Positions 13,256 through 27,176 of a DNA stretch of 64,000 bases are shown here, piece after piece. This DNA is from Lophium mytilinum. Taxonomy: Eukaryota. The notes beneath the pieces were generated by a model, which was given only the letters and a program-made list of their open reading frames with translations, was not told the origin of the DNA and searched no databases. Position 1 is the stretch's first letter; each line of letters starts with the position of its first letter. A program made the position numbers and the translations under genes. The DNA lies in NCBI GenBank assembly GCA_010093605.1, contig MU004194.1, positions 906,323 to 970,322 on the forward strand, given 5' to 3'.

Positions 13256-14282
13256 CTAGGCAAACAGATACTTCGCAGCGTGCGCGACGTGATCGTCTGC
13301 AAACGACGCCATGAAAAAGTAGCTGTGGTCGTAATCCGGCTGCATCCGCAGCGTAACTCCGCTATCATTTCCCGCCTCCTTCGCCGCCTCTATGAAGTTT
13401 TCCGGTAGCAGTTGCTTTTGCTTGTAGAAGTTGTCGCCAGTGCCCTAGATAATCGTTAGTTACCAGCCTGGAGTTATGGACACAAAGAAGGTTCGTTGAG
13501 TACGCACCACATCGATGAGCAGATTCAGGGGCCCCTCCCACTTCTTCACCAGCTCTGTCGCGTCGTGGTCCGCCCATTTCGCCTGCTGGTCCTCTCCGAA
13601 GTATCCTTTGAACGCTTTCTGGCCCCACGGGCAGTTGATGGGGTTGGCGATGGGCGCGAATGCCGATACAGACTTGTACATGCCGGGATTCTTCAGGAAC
13701 TGCATGGTCTGCTGTCAGCTAATGCGTTCCAGTTGCGTCCGGGAACACTGACCAGTGTCAAAGCGCCGTGTCCGCCCATACTATGTCCTGTAATGCTGAC
13801 TTTGCTGGAGTCCAGCTGGTCGAAGGAGGAGAACAGCACCTTTGGGAGCTCCTCGGTGATGTAGCTGTACATCTTGTAGCCTTTGCTCCAAGGGTCTTTT
13901 GTTGCGTCTACGTAGAAGCCGGCGCCAGTTCCGAAGTCCCATCCCTCGTCTTCACCTTCAATCTTCAGTCCTCCTGCAACGGTGTTAGCTTGGCCCTTGT
14001 AATGGTTCAGGTAGGCGTGCTTGGGCTAGTGTCTGGGTAGACGACGGCAATACCCTTCTCGCTCGCGCCATGCTGGAAGAACCCCTTTTCTGCGCAATTG
14101 TCTCCGGTGCAGGTCAGACCAGATAAGTAGAACAGTACTGGAACTTTCGTGCCGGACTTCGCAGCTTGAGGAGGCAAGTAGAGGTTAAGAGCCATGTCGC
14201 AGTTCGTGCTAGTGGCTTTGTGTGTCAGTTTCAGCAGCTTGCCGCCGAACGAGGCAATGGTAGCTGTAGTGGTGAACGACAT
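13256..14282 (-). CDS. ESD: S-formylglutathione hydrolase (esterase D)
   Basis: [26 protein letters not shown], nucleophile elbow [20 protein letters not shown]-terminal YDHSYFF; ATG 14282. Confidence 0.96.
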
Positions 14283-14655
14283 GATGAACGTGAGTATAGT
14301 AGAAGAGTAGTGAGAGGTGCGTTGGGTGCAATTGAGCAATTAAGAGAGACTCGAGGTTGTGACGGAGCTTTTGTTACCAGTGGCACCTTTCTGACGTCTC
14401 ATATGCGGGGCATCTTTGCCTACCCCACTTCCTACTTTGTTCACTAAAAGGAGCAATAAATCCCGACGTCGAGTCTGCAAGGGGAAATCTTTCGATATAG
14501 CATAGACAGAGTGAGCTTTCGCTAAGTTTGATATCAGTTGTACAGGAAGTGCCAGTCAGAAATCTGGTACTCCGTTTCAAAACGCCTCCAGGATTATCGC
14601 CTGATCCTATTTTGTCAACCCCCAAAACTCCTTAGATGCAACTAAAGTCGGCGTA

Positions 14656-15394
<739 letters not shown>

Positions 15395-16559
15395 GTTGAG
15401 TGATTGCGAATTGGCTCTAGCTGGAGAGCTGCTTGTGAAAGGGTTTCTAGGAGTAGTGGAGTTGTGGGGTGGTTGTGAGGTGGCCGGGCGCAATGAAAGA
15501 ATGCCGCAACCGCTTCCTCGAGAGCTTGAAAAAGAACGCGCCAAGAGATCGGCGAATGGTTTTACCGGACGCACGGACAAAGGACATTCACTTTTACTCA
15601 CCTCAGTATGCTTATGCCCATTGTTTAAGATATGCTTACCGTCACCGTAGTCAAAACCATCCTCCGGATCTGTATTCCCGCACTCTACGGGAGCGGACAT
15701 AGCGTTGGCAATCAACCAATTCAGTGAAACAACGAGAAGTTGTCTCTGAGCTCGGGACAGTCTAAATTGGAGGATTCTGTTCTGTATGGAAATATTGCTC
15801 ACACGTTGCGCTGTAGTACCGTTTCATGTCGGATTATAAGGTCACATGAAATGATTGCCATGATAAATCCTACTTCGAAAATGTATCACCCTATTCTTTC
15901 AGTCATTCATGAATCCCTGTTATACTACTTGTTTGACGTTCGTCCAACATCAAATAGATAAAAATGTTGCCCATCAAGCTGAAGAATAACGAAGATGCTA
16001 GGGCGAACTTCCAAAAGTGTCCATCCCCCTAGTTTCCATTTCTATCTATCCGACTAGAAGATGTTCCAAGTCAGAGCTCTTAAAAAACATGTTTGTTAAA
16101 TACAAGAGTGTCGAATAGCGGCTTCATGCTCCTTTAGCATAGCAATGCCGTCCCAAGCTAGCAAATCCAATATCCACGGGCCGTAACTCCAGCGTGTACA
16201 TACAAGACGGAAAAAGACATTAACCGTTACAAGGAAATCGATTGCGCAGGGAAGGAGCCTTGCTCGACTCGTTGCTGGTATGAGGATGCCTCAAAAGCTC
16301 TTTCGTTGAAGGGTGGGTGATGAAGGAAAACGCCGGTTCGATGCGAATGCAGTATGCCGATGCGGGGTATGTGCATACGTCTGACAGATAGGGGAACAAA
16401 AGCTGAATCCATCCAAAAGAAAGCTCACAGAGCTAGGTGAATTGAAAATGCGGGTGGGGAACTGAATCGTGTTGAGCTGAAGCTGGTGCCGGTCCAAAAT
16501 CTCTCGTCTCGTCATTTGTTATCTTTCATCTTAATAGTAGGCTGCCGGATACTTGATCT

Positions 16560-18516
16560 CTACCCTGATCGCTTTCTAACCTTCTCCATCTTCGACTCCC
16601 ATAGCACGACGCCTGGTCCACTGCTCACGCGGGAGCGCGTTCGCGAATCTTTGCTGCTGAAGTTCGAGTCTTTCAAAGCGCGAATATTGCGGTTAGGCAC
16701 TCTTTCGAGGTTTGCGCGGCAGCCTGAACATATCCGCAGAGCGCACCATGTGCAAGTCCACCGCTCACTTGGCTCGTCTTTGTAACACAGCATGCATGAC
16801 ACAGGACAGGCAGTATTTTTTCCAGGGTGGAAACGAGCGTGGTTATGGTAGCAGTCTGTGTGCGTAATCGTGATATGTGGGGCGTTGGACGTAGCAGGGC
16901 GGTTGTTGTTCAGAGATGAAAGCATCGATGAGCGCTTCCTCTGTAGCTCCTGCATTTTTGGGGAGAGGGGCGAATAAAGTGGCTCATCTTCGCTCGTCTC
17001 GCGGGACTGTGTTGTTGTGTTCATTACACTCGCGATGGGCGTTGCGATGGGAGAAGGCGTGGGCGAGGGTGTGATGGTGTTCAGATACGCTCGTGCGTTT
17101 TGGAGTCCGGAAGAAGCCTGGAAGTTGATTCGTCAGCGTGCTTGCATGCATAGCTGAATCTCGGGGCAGCCAACAAGAAGAACGAGAACGGGTTGCAGGT
17201 ACGGGGTCTACGGTGCGGGGGTTCACGTACTTTGAAGATGTCGAAGCCCGTGCTGCTTTTCCCCCGGTAGTGCTTGGATACGGGCGGCGGTCCGGCTTTC
17301 GGGCTTGGTGATCGATCGCGGAGGCCGTATTTGGAGGGGGACTCTTCTGGTACAGGACTGGGCGATGGAAGAGATGGAAGCAGAGAAGCCTTTGGTTCTG
17401 GGGTTGGAGGTCCGGTCGTGTCCACGGATGTGCTGCCCGTTCTGCCTGTGGCTCTTGAGGTGCCAGCTCGAGATGTACCAGCTAGCGAGGTGACGTTGGT
17501 TGGCGTCGTCGAAGAGTAGTCGGTGGCATTCGACTGAGTTTGCGCATGTGATGGAAGTGTACTGGGTGACGTGGAAGCTCCAATGCTTCGCTGGTCGATT
17601 GGACTTTGCTGGTCGACTGAACTTCCTTGCTCAACAGGCTTTTTGTGCCTCAAGCCCGTTCTGGAGAGAGTATCACCAAGCGTGGGGTACTTCTTTGCTC
17701 CGGGGCCCTTGGGAGCGGGGACTGGACGTCGCTTGAAGACGCTGCCCTTGGGCGACGTCGCTTTCTCTTCCTTATCATTTGCGAACTTGGAATCCTTGTT
17801 GCCCATCTGAGGCCTGAGCGACGACTTTGCGGGCGGCGGCGGTGGCAGATCTGGTATTCCTGGCAGCGGGCGGTCCTGGAGTTGTGGTGGATGTGCAACA
17901 GTAGTAGATGACGCGTTGGTAAGCTTTGTGGATGATGGTAGGACGGCAGTGGCACCGTTGCTTATGGTGAGCTTGAGGGAGGGGGGAGTTTTGTTTCGTG
18001 TGAGAGAACGAGAGAGGATAATAGTGGGTTCCTGCTGCGTCTGCGGCTTCGTGCTTGCCTCGTCCACTGGCACGTGTCAGCAATCACTCTTGGCCGAACA
18101 ATGGCAAGACTTTATCTTGAGCCACCAGAAGTGCTCAGAGGCCGTGTTTCGGGCGAAGCGGAGCTCCCACCGCTCACAGTCCCCAACCCGACCTCAAGTG
18201 ATCAATCTTTCTGAGTCCTAAAACACGGACGCGTGCAGATACAGGCGAACATAAGACGAAACTGAGACTACGAAATTGGCTATTCACCTCGAAGCTGGAA
18301 GCGCATGAAATATGGCAGCGGCTTGTCGTCTTTGGGGGGAGGCGGCGGAAGGTCTTTGATGGACGGCAGCGGTGGCAGGTCGCGCACGGGAGAGACTGCA
18401 TACGGCGACGAATTTCCGTTCTCCCAGGAGCTGCCGTAGTCGTTCAACAGAGTACTAATTACGTCGTGTCGGGAAGCGGGTGCCAGTCCACCACCCATGG
18501 TCATTACCGCGGTCAT
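16560..18516 (-). CDS. Pro/Ser-rich hypothetical protein with C-terminal Cys/His-rich (putative zinc-binding) module; 2 introns
   Basis: ORFs 18280-18516, 17081-18073 and 16560-17024 join in frame via GT-AG introns; PxxP motifs; C-terminal DCYHNH...CMLC...CTWC...CSGC. Confidence 0.7.
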
Positions 18517-19649
18517 GGCTGCAGTGTGGCGCGTTGGATATATGTAGTCGCAAGAGGTGCCAGAAAGTTCACAATGAGGCAGACAGAAGGAAGTGAAGGG
18601 AATTAGAGATTACTTAGTGCACGCGGCCAGTGTAGTATTCCCATCAGACGGAAGATGCGGGCGTGTGGGATAAAGTGGGATGCCCCTGGGGGTAGGGCTG
18701 AGATGGCGATGCACGGGAGCATGGAGCCAATGAGACGGCTGGTGTTTGACCTCTCCGACGGCCAGCTCGTGTCGCACACCCATGATGGCGCCCGTTGCTA
18801 TCGTGCATCCCTGCGGGTTGCCAGGAACGCCCTCCAAAGCTACGCATGTCGCCCCGTTAGCTGTCAGAGGAAGCCTGCCGCGCCCCAGCAATCTCCGCTC
18901 CGCCGCCGCTCCCGCGCCTTTCTCCAGAGATCGTGGGAGCATCTGATCGATGTGCGAAGGCGCCATGATGAAGATGTGCAGGGCGGCAGCAAACCAGACG
19001 CCTCAGGAGGCATGTCGGAGGTGGTGAGCGCTGAACGGTTTCGGGGGCGCGAAGGGGTTGCTGAACGTTCCGAGGTTTCGTGTCTGATGCAAGGGGATCC
19101 ATCCGAGGGCCCATTCGAGGGCACTCCTTCTCGTGATAAAACTCCACGTGACGGCTGTCTGTTTCATGCCATCCGAACGGGTCACCGACGAGGAAATGCG
19201 CCTATTCTTACCGGCTTGGCACCAACACCCTTGTCTTCTTCAATTTTCCTCGCATTCACGGATGCATGGATGGTGAATAGTGATGAGAAATTAATATATT
19301 ATTGGTGGCTACACCCATAGGCGCATCCATCAGGAAAGTAATGTGGTATCATACGACTTCTAGTAAATCAAAAAGACCAGATCAAAAGTATCCGTGGCAT
19401 GGAATCGGCGGCTGGAGGTGCCCGTTCATATCATCCACACGTCGAAGCTTTTCCCAACGCCGGCCGGGAGGCGCCCCCGGTTGGGCCTCCCAGGCTCCGA
19501 ATTCCATTCATCCACTGTAACCCCTTGCGCCGTCGCTGATGTGTCCTGGATCAGGTGCTGAAAATCAAATGTACAGTGTAAAGCAGAGAGCGTGCCTGGT
19601 GACCGCTTTGTGGAGACCAATGGAGTAAATGCGTAGTTGCGTTGCTATC

Positions 19650-21050
19650 TCACAGCATATATGCGAGAAGCATCATCCAGAGCGCGAGTAGTGGAGTCAG
19701 ACCGCCTCCAATACCGCCTGCACCACCCTTCAGTGGAGCTGCGGTTTGGTTGACGAACGTTGGCCCGCATCCGACGTCGATCTGCTGGGCGGCATCGCCA
19801 TAAGTTTGACTGATCGGCTGCGTCGTGTTACCGGCGAACGATGAGAAGATGGCCATGGTGTCCTGGAGACATGTGCTGCATGTGGGTCGAGAGGAGCCGG
19901 GGAGCGAGACGCCGAGGGGGAGGTAGAACGGATACGAGTCCACTACAGCGGTGGTGTTGGTGATGGCATTGGCGAAGCCTGCAATTCATTAGTCAAGGCC
20001 ATATACAACAACGAAAGACGCCTTACAGTAGTTGCCACGAGTATCTCTCAAGCAACCGGCCTGGTAGAGTGGCTGGTACGCGAGGAAACCGTTGTACGCC
20101 TGTAGCACTAGCGGGCTGTCATTCGCGTAGTCTACCGCGCAATTGCTCTCGTTCTTGATGGCGCGCCCAAACTCATTCATCACCGCCGCGCACTTGTGGA
20201 AGTCGACTTTGCATGTCGCGTCCAGGGTCTGCGTGATACGGACAAAAGACTTGGAGGCATCGAAAAAGGCGCTTGAAGTCTGCAGCTGTCAGCGCTGGCG
20301 TCATGCGTTTCAAGTCACGCAACATACCTGGAGGAGGAGCGAGAACGGATGGCAGTCGGTGAAGGTGGAGTTAGAGAGGAAGGTCTGGAAGAAGTTCTGG
20401 CAAGACGAGGTAAAGTTGTTGCTCAGCACGGCGTCGAATGGCTCCGGCATTGAGGTAAGGGTCGTGGTGGCTTTGGGGTCGGTCGTCAGGGAGCTCGCGC
20501 TCGCGGAGGAGGCAGGCTTCTCCGTTGCGGTGGGCGATTGCGAGTCGGCAGAAGAGGTCGTATGGGCATGGTCCCGCGCGAGCAGATGCATGCGAGGAGG
20601 CGGCTCGCTGCGATCGAGGAAAAGAAGGCCGTCAAAGCTGGAGGGCAAGTCGACACTGGCCACGAGCGCGGATCGATGCCGATCACCATGTGCGTCGCTC
20701 GCGACGACGGGTCCACAGAGCAGGGTCAACGTTACCAGCACGACCAGGAAGAGCAGCGCGCTGGGTCTGAAGGATTGCGTCCACACGGGCCGTCGGCGGT
20801 TGATATAGATGTTCGAGGCGGTCCCAGGTGGAGCGTGTTGTTTCGAAGGTTGCGTCTCTACGCACGGGCAGGCCCGCTCATGGTGCGACACGGGCGTGTC
20901 TTGACCTGCACCTGCAGCCCATGCGGCTCTCTCCTCCCGCCACTTCCTAGGAACACGATATGCTAGCTGTTGTCTCTCCGGCCAAGGGCGGCTTCTTCTG
21001 CACGACGACGAAGCGCGGTTCCGAGAGGTCTTCATTGCACCGACAGGCAT
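19650..21050 (-). CDS. Cys-rich extracellular/membrane-anchored protein (DUF7729-like), hydrophobic N-segment and GPI-like C-tail; 2 introns
   Basis: ALLFLVVLVTLTLLC hydrophobic stretch, Ser/Thr linker, SCQNFF..CHPFSLLLQ..LDATC..AGCLRD..GNYCFANA..YLPLG..CSTCL..CGPTFV, hydrophobic C-terminus; start could be 21050 or 21035. Confidence 0.72.
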
Positions 21051-23775
21051 CCACCGCTGCACCAGAACATGACCGTCTGCAGCTATTTCAACGCGCCCGG
21101 CCTCGCAGGCTGCTGCCGGCGGCGGCGCCTGGTGCTGTGCAATGGTTGCCGGCGGGTGGTGTGGCCCAATTGGCAGATATGTGGTCGAGGCAGCCCCTTG
21201 CAGTACTTCGTACCAAACGGCCCGGCGATGCTGTGGTGCGGGATGTTTGCTGCCGATCCTTTTCGACGGCCAAGGACGCGGGCGCTGGAGAATCGGGAGG
21301 CTTGGAAGACGCGGGAAACAGCAAAAAAGAGAGTGACGAAAGTTGGATGCGGTGTTGAGCAGACGATCTCTTACCGGGGGATGTCTTTTCTTTATTTGCA
21401 GCCGCCGGCGCAGAGGGCATTTCTAGCACTATTGACGGCGAGCACACGCACCAGAAGCAGCGCTCTGGGCCGACTTCAAGCCACCGGCTCGACCTGGCAA
21501 GACGTCCAGCCAGGGCGCCGCCATCGCCAGTTGGGCGTTGTGCCGGCTGCGATACAGCAGTGTGGCCATCGATAGGCTTGCGAAGCAATATAAAACCCCT
21601 GCTCGCGAGTCGCTCTGCGCCCAAACGGGAGGCCTAGCAGCGCCTTCATTTCTGCTATTTCTGCACTGCTGCCATAACAGTTAAAGTGCCCTCCCTCCCT
21701 TCTCCGCATTCCTGAGCACGCGCGTCCAGCGCTCGCTGTGTCTTCAGCAGTTTGCATTCTGGACCGTCTGCCACCCTCCCCCTTACCCTTAGCAGCCCTG
21801 TTGCGCAATCGTAGGGACTAGCGTCGCGCGGGTCAGCATTGCTGCACGGCATTTATCCAAAATCGATAGCAGCTGCCACTATTGCACGTTTTGCCCCTCG
21901 TTTCGATACTGCCAGTTTCCAGCGTGGCCTGATGGCGCAAATGAGGCCGAGAAGCTCTATGGATTGTGTTATGGACCGTGTTCTGCGCAGCCGTTGCACA
22001 GTGTCGTGGTGTTACCAGGTGAGACGGCGGGCGCTGTGAATCAGCAGGAACCACGGCCCGGGTCTGGAGCTGCCGACAGGTTGGAATGCTGCGTTTGTGG
22101 CATCGGCCGTTGAGCTTTGTGATGAGAGTGGTTCAGCAGCAGCTCGTTGGTCGAGTATTGTAATGGTTGATGAGGGGGGAAGCTAGCTCACAACGGACCG
22201 ACAGCCCCTTGACGCATGCTGTGCCGTTGCTGTATCTCGTAAATGCTGCGTAACAAAAGGCATTATAACAATGCAAGAGCCATCTTAGCCAGTGGAAATT
22301 CTCTCATCAGGCTCTATTACCGTAATTTACCCTCGCCGACATCTGCATGCTAACCACAAGAGGCTTTATCTCGTTTTTAGCTGAGTAAGCCAATAGCGAG
22401 GAAGGGGCGGCACACCTGAGTTCCTGCTCGGGATGCACGTCAAAAAGCCGCCAAGCCAATACTCCCGTGGAAAGCCACTCAGCTTGGCCCCTCACACCGT
22501 GCTCCACACCTCGTCTGACGCCTGGATGCTCTCTCACCACTCTCTGACCCCTTTCCGCCGCGGCACCCCTCCGCTGGCTGGGGATCATCGTGAACCATTT
22601 CGACCAGCTTCACGTCGCTCCCGTCCCGTCTACGCTTTCCCCGGCAGCGGATCCTCATTTGCCTGGTTGCACCATCCACCGTTGTCGAGACCCCGGACCA
22701 CTGCGTCCAGCTGGCTTCGAGAAGCTGGGGTGTGCAGAGCATCCTTGTGAATATCAGACTGCTGGTCCTTACGACTCACAGAGCCGCCAGCCCTAGCAAC
22801 TGCCACGATACAGTTCTATACGACCCTGTGACCACCGGCTGAGCCAGCCTCTCGGGATAATTCAAATGTCTAGACATCCATCGAGCATCAATCAAAAGCA
22901 TCAACGCGTCCGCATCCCGCATGCAGTTCCGTGGCTGGCTAGATTGCTAGACATCACTACATCAGTGCAGCTGATAGGGCTATCCAGTCTCTCGACAGCA
23001 GCGCCTTTTACCCTTACGATCGTATTCCTACAGCTCCGTGGAACTCAGTAAGCCCAAATTCAAATGAGTCTTAACATCGATAGCATTAGTCTTCATCCTT
23101 TTGTTTAGCTATATACAATTATCTCAATGAGAGCTCCAACGCAGCGGTCTCTGAACGCTCCCTGTGGTGTCTTTGGGTGTCTGCGTAATTCTGAACAGCC
23201 AGTAGAGTCTTATGTCACCTCAGACAGTGCCAGAGAGATTCACCCCAAGCCAGTTTTCGTCCTCGATATTCACCGCCTCTCGGATATATGCAAGGACAGG
23301 GATCATAGTTGCCCCTTTCGCAGCTTTCAAAGCAGTCACAACTGCCTGAAAGCCTCCGACAAGGTCAGATAATTTCACGTTGATGTCAAATTTTCGATTC
23401 TCGTGAACATATCTACGGTTTCTTTGATGCTCATCCATAATCGGCTGAGGTGCCTCGGCAACCTTGGAAAAGCGGGACGTCATCTCTTTAGGGCTCCTGA
23501 AAATTTTATGGAGTCGCTTCAGACGACAGTTGATTGATGTGCACGGTTCGATGGCGAGCATCATCGGATAACATCGGCAGCTCCGGCACTCACAACAGTA
23601 TGGAGATAAGAATTCATGGAGCTGTTCCAGCCTGTTTGGACCTATCTGCAGCCGTCCTGCCGTCTGAGGTGCCCCGGTAAATTTCTGGATCATCTAACGC
23701 AGGGCTTTCCATCGTATCCCTGTCTTTGAAAAGATATCGAGGCGGCAGACAAATACACCTACCGCTTACCAAAAA

Positions 23776-26004
23776 TCAATGGAACTTATTCTTCTCGGCA
23801 TTCTCGTCATTCTCAAGGAAGATCTCAATCTTGTCCGTCATCTTGTGCCCAATATCATTGCAACAAATGCACGCTGCCAGAGTTGTCAGAACATACGAGG
23901 GCTGATGCGCAGCAACCGATGGAACTCACCAATTATCCCAATGATACCAAAGCTCAGCGAGCTCAGAGCTGTAGTCCGTAGTCCTACCACATAGCTTTGT
24001 TGGAACGCCGCTCCCGCCGCAACGGCGATTTCGGTGGTGATGCCCGGCACCTTTGCGATCGCGGCCGAGCCAAGAGGGATGGCAGCGAGGAGCGCGGAGG
24101 CAGAGGCTGCGGGTAAGCCGGCAGCGATGGCTGCAGCGGGGACAAGCTTTGCTGCGTGCGAAGATTGGACGTTGGAGAGAATGGTGGTGTATACGCTGAT
24201 GGCCACTGATCCGCCCGCGAAGCGTGCAACGCCGCTGAAGGATGCTTTAGTGGTTGATCTTAGAAGTTGAGAGAAAGAGAAAAAGCACGCTTACGCTAGA
24301 CCACCAGAAATACCCAGCTCAACTTGATCGACACCAAATTGAATGAAGGCGATTGATAGGTACTGTGCCCAGCCGAACCCCATCTCGGCGAGGAAAACGA
24401 ACGCGATCATCTATTGATTATGGTCAGTGTCTTCAATACAATGACGAGAAACCGGATTCTCTCACCATGCCCTTCCTATCAGGGGTACCGAGTCCAAGCA
24501 GCGCGCCAAACACTACCATGGTAGTCACCGAAGCAGTGAGCGTCCATTTCCAGTGCCCGATCTTGGTTCCAAAAGTAGTAAGCAGAACAGCACCGAAGGT
24601 CAATCCGAGGTTTTGCGGAAGTCTAGAAGCGGAGTCAGCAAAGCTTCGACCCGATGGATAGTCGTACTCACGTCAGAACGATCGCATATCGGAAGCTGGT
24701 GGTCTCGTTCGTAAAGAATACGGCAATCATCGTTGGGTAAATGACGTTGATTGCGTAGTAGAACATAGTAACGACGAACCCAGCCACAAAGGGAGCGGTG
24801 AGTTCACGTCCGTGGCCCCGTGTGAAGACATGAGTTGGCGTGAGGGGCTGCTTCAACGGCGCGAATGTCTCGTATAGTGCGAACACAACCAGCAGTCCGA
24901 GTCCACTAACAAGAGTGCCGATGACCTTGGGATCGGATGATGGAAGTGTGGTTGTGTACACAATTCCAGTCAATGTCAAGGTCGTGGCAATGATGAAAAG
25001 AATTGCTCCTCCGTAATCGAGCTCGCGAAGCGCCTGCCCGAATGGAATACCTCGTGGATGAGCCGGTGGGAAGTAATAAAAGTAGAGACCCACGAACGAG
25101 AAGCCGACTGCTATAGCTGGGCCGTAGAATAGCCATCTCCAAGCATCGCCGTGCTGTCCAGCAAACCTTCCAGCTACAGGGCCAACGATGACGGCGAAGT
25201 AAACTCCAATGTCCGCAATAACGATGGCTGAATGTCTCCATTTGTTCGGTAGTAGCTCTGGGAGGGCGAATGCGGCGAGTTGTGCATTTCCACCGCCGAA
25301 TCCGATTAGTGCACAAGCGACTAGGACTGCGGTGTTGTTCTTTGCCGTGCCACCTTACACTCTTATCAGTAACAGAAAGAAACCGAGGACACCGCGGCTG
25401 AGTGACTTACCGACTATAAAGCCAATGAACATAATCACATTCCCGCCAATGATGAACCAGCGCCGACCGAAGAGATCTGAATTGGCGCCGCAAACCCTGA
25501 CAGCCAGTCAGTATCCGCTAAAGTGCTACTTGCTCGAAATGCCTACATGAAGGCAATCGTGACGGTCATCTACATGGATTAGCTCAGTGTCATGCTTTTA
25601 CTGATTCACAGAACTTACAGTATATATCGAAATGTAAAATGCCGCTGCGGATGGATCGCCAAGCTGAGTAGCAACTCTGAACGAAATCAGTAAACCGCCA
25701 TTGCAGACTAGACTTGAGGTTACTCACTGAGTCTGGATAGAGCTGAGAGAGGGAACGATCCAAAACGAAATGCCGTACGAGAAGGACAAAATCTATTGGC
25801 ATTAGCAAAAGGCCTGCAGATTACAGCATTTGCGCCTCCGTGTCTTCAACTTACCAACACAACGCACCAGGTTTTCAGAGTGACATTGTATTCAGTATCA
25901 TCTTGGGGAAGATAGCTCTGGACTGCATCCTCCTTGCCCTTAACGCTTCCAGAGGGCCTCTCATCAGCAGAATGGTGCTCAACATCTGCTTTTTCATCAT
26001 TCAT
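23776..26004 (-). CDS. MFS drug:H+ antiporter, fungal trichothecene efflux pump (TRI12)-like; about 9 introns
   Basis: Spliced exons give CGANSDLFGRRWF, AFALPELLPNKWRH, AWRWLFY, YFPPAHPRG, LDYGGAILF, C-terminal MTDKIEIFLEND; ATG 26004, TGA 23778-23776. Confidence 0.88.
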
Positions 26005-27176
26005 GTTGCGGTAGTAGCTCTTCAGCTTCCGAATAGCCTGTCAAGTCCAAATCTGCCCTCAATCGCACGTTCGCCCGGGGGCACGCGCGCCATTATATGC
26101 CTTTCAGCCATAGGAAAGTTTCGGGAAAGCCTATCGTCGGCGGTATTGCCGGGCAGTGTGACTCTGATCAACAAAAACGCGGTGTATTTTCTGCCCTGGT
26201 GAGAAGCGAAGAGGCTCGGGAGAAGTTATCCTGGGGACAGGGTCCGAATGCGGAGAGATTAAGCTCGGGAGCTATGACTGGTCCCCGGCCCCGGCTGCGA
26301 ACCGGCTGGCGGGAAGGCACTAAAGCTCTCCCTTTCAATCGGGACGCTTCGAGGGAATATCATGGAATTTGATCTCCGAAGAGAGGATACGAATCTGAGC
26401 ATGCTATGAAATGCCTGGGTGCTGTTCACTAGCAGGTTGGCAGACTCAAATCATCCTTTAATTTTGACTCTAAGAAGGTAGACTTAATTCAATTCAAAGA
26501 AAATACATTCATAAGGTTCGTGAAATGCACTCACAATCGTTAAAATGCTCAGTGCCCTAGCACTCGTCCCGAACCAGGTCTCTTCTCTAGCCCTGGACCC
26601 AGATGTTCAAGCGAAGACTAGCGTAGGATGTGGAGGTCAGCGGAGAGGATTGAAGCCCCACTCCTCCAAAGTGATCAGAATCCAAGACTCGAAGTCAGTT
26701 CATTGGTCGACGAATCTCTCGGTGCACACGTTCATTGGATGAACACGATCATTTTTCGTCGCTCAGCCCATTCCACGTGTCCTACTAGTGAGAATCGTCA
26801 AGGCAGAGTCGGAAGTCGTGATCTCCGCTTGAATCGCTTCTTGTCGTTCGACCCGGATAACGTACCCGGGCTTGGGGATTTGCACTCACGCCGTGTGATC
26901 TGAATTCATACCATCCAACGCTGATGCTGAGGGGCAAACAGTGAAGTATTCATATGTAGCATGCTGCGCTGAGCTGCCGTGGGCAGTGCTTGAACAACAT
27001 TACAGTGGTATTTAGGTACGTGGAAATTGCAGCTTCTCGAACCTACTCTTTGATGGATGGGTGTAGATACTCATCAGGCCTGTGGTTCATTCCTGTCTTC
27101 CAATTCAGCATTTAGTTTTTCTTTCTATTGCTTGCCTTCCATATACCCGTTCTTGAAGTCCATAAAAGATACTACG

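Noticed and set aside
18610..19320. Overlapping 100-220 aa ORFs
   Set aside because: Arg/Pro-rich ORFs in several frames, typical of GC-rich intergenic DNA; no motifs
21088..23700. Long intergenic stretch with many short ORFs
   Set aside because: No coding, repeat or RNA-gene signature recognised; likely promoter/UTR
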